DNA from: Calcarisporiella thermophila CBS 279.70
Taxonomy: Eukaryota > Fungi > Calcarisporiellomycota
Assembly (NCBI RefSeq): GCF_041956535.1
Contig: NW_027192218.1
Span: 139,728 to 203,727, forward strand
Direction of reading: 5' to 3'
DNA: 64,000 nt
Made by a program: the position numbers and the translations under genes. The notes under the pieces were generated by a model. It worked only from the letters and a program-made list of their open reading frames with translations, searched no databases and was not told the origin of the DNA. Each line of letters opens with the position of its first letter. Within the stretch, counting starts at the first letter, position 1. Positions 60,754 through 64,000 of the stretch are shown piece after piece.

Positions 60754-63700
60754 ATGGCCGAAATCATTTTGAAATTGGCAGCAGAGGAAGACTGGAAATC
60801 TTTGCGCTCTGCTCTCAATGATCAAACCGCAGATGAGGTGACTTTATCATGGCGCGATCTTTGATGAAGTAAAACTCAAAATTCAAGAATATCCCATTGC
60901 CGTTACTCTAGGTTGCCGCGCTTTTCATGCAGAGACTGGGAAAAGAGGAAAATTCTTATGAACCCCATGATAGCGCGAACATATTGGGTCTTCTTCGCGC
61001 AATATATAAAGGTACTTGTGTTGAGTAGTTGGATCGATCCATTGCTTATCGCGCTTTCCCCTAGGATCCCCTTTAGGTGACCCTCGAGGACTGGAAAGAC
61101 GGGACCTGATCATGAGAGGAATTATGGAATGGTATACTTCCATATATACAGAATCGGCCATATTTTTCTTACCATTTATTTCTAGGCTGGTAGCCAAGGC
61201 TGAAAATATGTCTTCCAGTGCTGATAAAATGGCTACGGATCTTACAAACTATCTTAATAACGCTGTATGCTCATATGTTATACCGCTTTAAAATTTTATC
61301 GGAACCTTGGCTGATACAAAGTTTATTCTCTTTTTTTCCAATGGCTAGGCAGATGAATTACCTGTCAATAGCCTGATCGAGGCGGTCAATTTTATCTGCG
61401 AAACCCTTCAAAGGGGCGACCTGGTGCATGCAAAGCTCTTTGACTTCCTTCCGAAATTGGTCGTTTTAATTTTGGGCCGTAAACTTATTGTTATCGATGA
61501 TACGGCAAAGGGGAATACCGAGCAACTGACTGGCGAAGCCTATGCCAACTTCATAATTAGCAGAATATGCACCGCAAAGTGGCCTCCGACGTTGGTTGTA
61601 ACCTTGGCAAACATATTCCGGGAAATCCCACTGACAGACGATCAAACTAGAATGGTAGTTGAGAAGGTGATCAAGTAAGTATTGAGAATCTTCGAGTGTC
61701 CATTCCAAATTTTCGACATACGAGTTCCTCTGTAGAAGCCTAAGTGTGGTCGATGTGAATGAAATCCCGCCGCTTGTATACCAACTGTTTCTGCTATCGC
61801 AAAAGGTAAGTCATATAACCAAGCTCTACGGCACTAGCTTACAAATTTTTTGATTACTTCAGGGCTATAAGCATTTGATCATCAAAGGAGTCATATCCTA
61901 TTTCGATGAATTGGATCAGCTCTTCAACGATAAAGAGACGTAAGAGTATCGCTTTTCTCTCGACTCATAAGAATGAAATTATTGATTTTGTCGTGCAAAC
62001 GAATTAGGGCGATTGTATCTCAAGGCCGTCGAATCTCTTTCTCACAGCTCTGCCACATGGAGGGTACAGCCATATTACATCTAAGCTTCGCTGTGAAACA
62101 GGACCAGGTGAGCTCGAAGCATTATTTAGGGTGTTCTCTTGGTAGCCGCTAATTTACTCTTTACCCAACTTTATCTAGGCTTTGGGAGCAGATTATATCA
62201 AATTTATGAAAGCTGGGGGACGAGACTCTCGCATCACTCCCTTTAATGTGGCGTGCTTACTCTCCATAGCTCGAATTCACCGATTTGAAAGCACGGTATT
62301 TTAATAAATTCGCAGGGATTCGCGGCTCTTCTAATAACACTGTTGTATCACTCCTCTCCAGATAATGGATTTCCTCAAGGGCTCAGTCGTTAATGCGTTC
62401 AAAGATCAAGAACGACTAGAAAAGTCCCAATGGATAGCAGGTTATATTATGGTTATAATTCAACTCCAACATTATTTTAATATCTTGCCTTCACCATTGA
62501 ACTAAACAGAACTCTCTGGTTTCAAGCCGGTGCAAATCTGGCCCATCTTTCACAACGTCATTCGGCGGACGGTTTTTGGCTGGGATCAAACAATACAGAG
62601 CTTAGTTCGGCTAGGATTTTTGGTGATAGATTATGCGGCTGCCGCAGACAGATGGGGAAAATGTAACAGAGTGCTTCCTTTGAGGGAGTCTAAGGGTACT
62701 GATGGGCACTAATACATTCTGCTTGAAGTTCGAAAGGGTCCTCCAGTTACACCTAATGAGCATACTTGTGTCATTGGCGTGCGCATTTTATTAGAAACTT
62801 TCAAGGTATGTCCTCTCGATTGGTGCCTTATAGAGGGATCAAATTTATTGTATTAATTATACTTGTTGCTTATAGCTCCATAGCTCTGTTCGGATGGAGG
62901 TGCTTGATCAATGCATAGCTAGAATTATGACCAAATCCAACAGCGCATATTACTTTGTCGAGCTTTTATCCTCGCTAACCAAGGATTGTCCACAGTTGCT
63001 CTTAGAATATCTCCCTCGAGTACGATAAACACCTGTCTGCACCTTGCTTGATTCTCACGAATGATTGTTTTTAGATCCGAGAAACATTGGACTATCTCTG
63101 TTTTATGTCCCTTCCTATCGCGGAGCACCTTATGAAAGCGGTGCAGCCCCTAATATATCTGAGCGCATCTCTTCGTGATGGGTTGCTACTAGTGCTTCGT
63201 AAAGGAATGTTTTCCAAGTAAGCACTGTTAATTTATAAACCAATCTGTGGAGCACAAAGCTTAACCTAGGGTTTTAGGGAGCTCGATGGCCGCCTCATTG
63301 CCCTTAGCGGATTCCTTGAGATGCTTAGACCACCTCAGTATATGAAAGATGCTGCCGAACGGCCCTCAACCTCCACCCAATTAAATCAAGACCTGGATGC
63401 AACAACTCAACATGATATAGAGGCACTGTGGATAGAGATTTTGGGTAGATATCTGTATTATTTGGTGCAATTTGAGCAGCATAGTAAGGTTGATTAATAG
63501 GCATGCTTCGACGGTGTTTCAGTCAACAGTCTGAAGTGCGTGTCATGCTTTATCGCGGTCTGGATCGTTTGATAGACATCAATCCTGAGTTGAATATCAT
63601 GATATTTGAGATCCTTTACCAACAAGTTAGACCTAGCTATATACTTACTTAACATGGCTAATACTAATTAGCTACATTAGTTCCAGAAATTCTACGTGCA

Positions 63701-64000
63701 AGATCTTAATATATCCACGCCATTCCGTTTTGAAGAGTGCGTCAATAGCGACACAGCTGGAGGAGTGCCCAAAATGACTGAACCTATTCACCATCTTCTC
63801 TCCTGTCTTTGCAAAACAGTTCGCAGTTTGTCTACACACGATCTAGGTAGATAGACTCTAATATCCTCACCAATATGCATGTAGATATTAACTTGTAGAT
63901 GTCTAGATGTGCGGCACCTTGCTGAATGCCGCAGTTTACTTGTTACTCTAGCCCAGAGGTTTGTTCGAGCAGACGTTGAGGACTATGAGCTCGATAAATC
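60754..64000 (+). CDS. FANCI: Fanconi anemia group I protein (FANCI), truncated by the window end
   Basis: EIPPLVYQLFLLSQKG, HMEGTAILHLSFAVKQDQ, TPFNVACLLSIARIHRFE, GWDQTIQSLVRLGF, LRDGLLLVLRKGMF and LRRCFSQQSEVR. Confidence 0.88.

Noticed and set aside
1-64000. CRISPR arrays, rRNA, canonical tRNA or spliceosomal snRNA genes
   Set aside because: No repeat-spacer arrays or recognisable consensus sequences seen; eukaryotic sequence.

Overview
This is a gene-dense, intron-rich fungal genomic window. The combination of FANCI, a Tsp2-type tetraspanin and an RNF5-type ligase points to an early-diverging fungus, probably Mucoromycota (inference). It holds about 26 spliced protein-coding genes, mostly housekeeping: eIF4G, ERG13, VPS16, SED5, SNX3, APC5, NAM8-like, GSP1/Ran, EMC4, GTR2, RPS24 and FANCI. 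It also contains a carotenoid cleavage oxygenase head-to-head with a His-rich multi-TM/EF-hand protein, an inverted pair of duplicated FAD monooxygenases, a large DUF3712/Tag1-like protein inside a GC-rich island, an assembly gap, and a complete 2.5 kb Mutator (MULE) transposon with TIRs and a 9-bp TSD. The most unusual signals are (1) an ~840 nt intergenic stretch with no credible gene (18491-19334) that folds by eye into many nested stems with plus-strand G-U pairs, a candidate unannotated long structured RNA; (2) the carotenoid oxygenase / ~7-TM EF-hand divergent pair; (3) a rod-like hairpin filling RPS24 intron 1; and (4) a RagC/Gtr2 with a degenerate G3 motif. Exon boundaries and base pairings were read by eye. 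No searches or folding programs were run.
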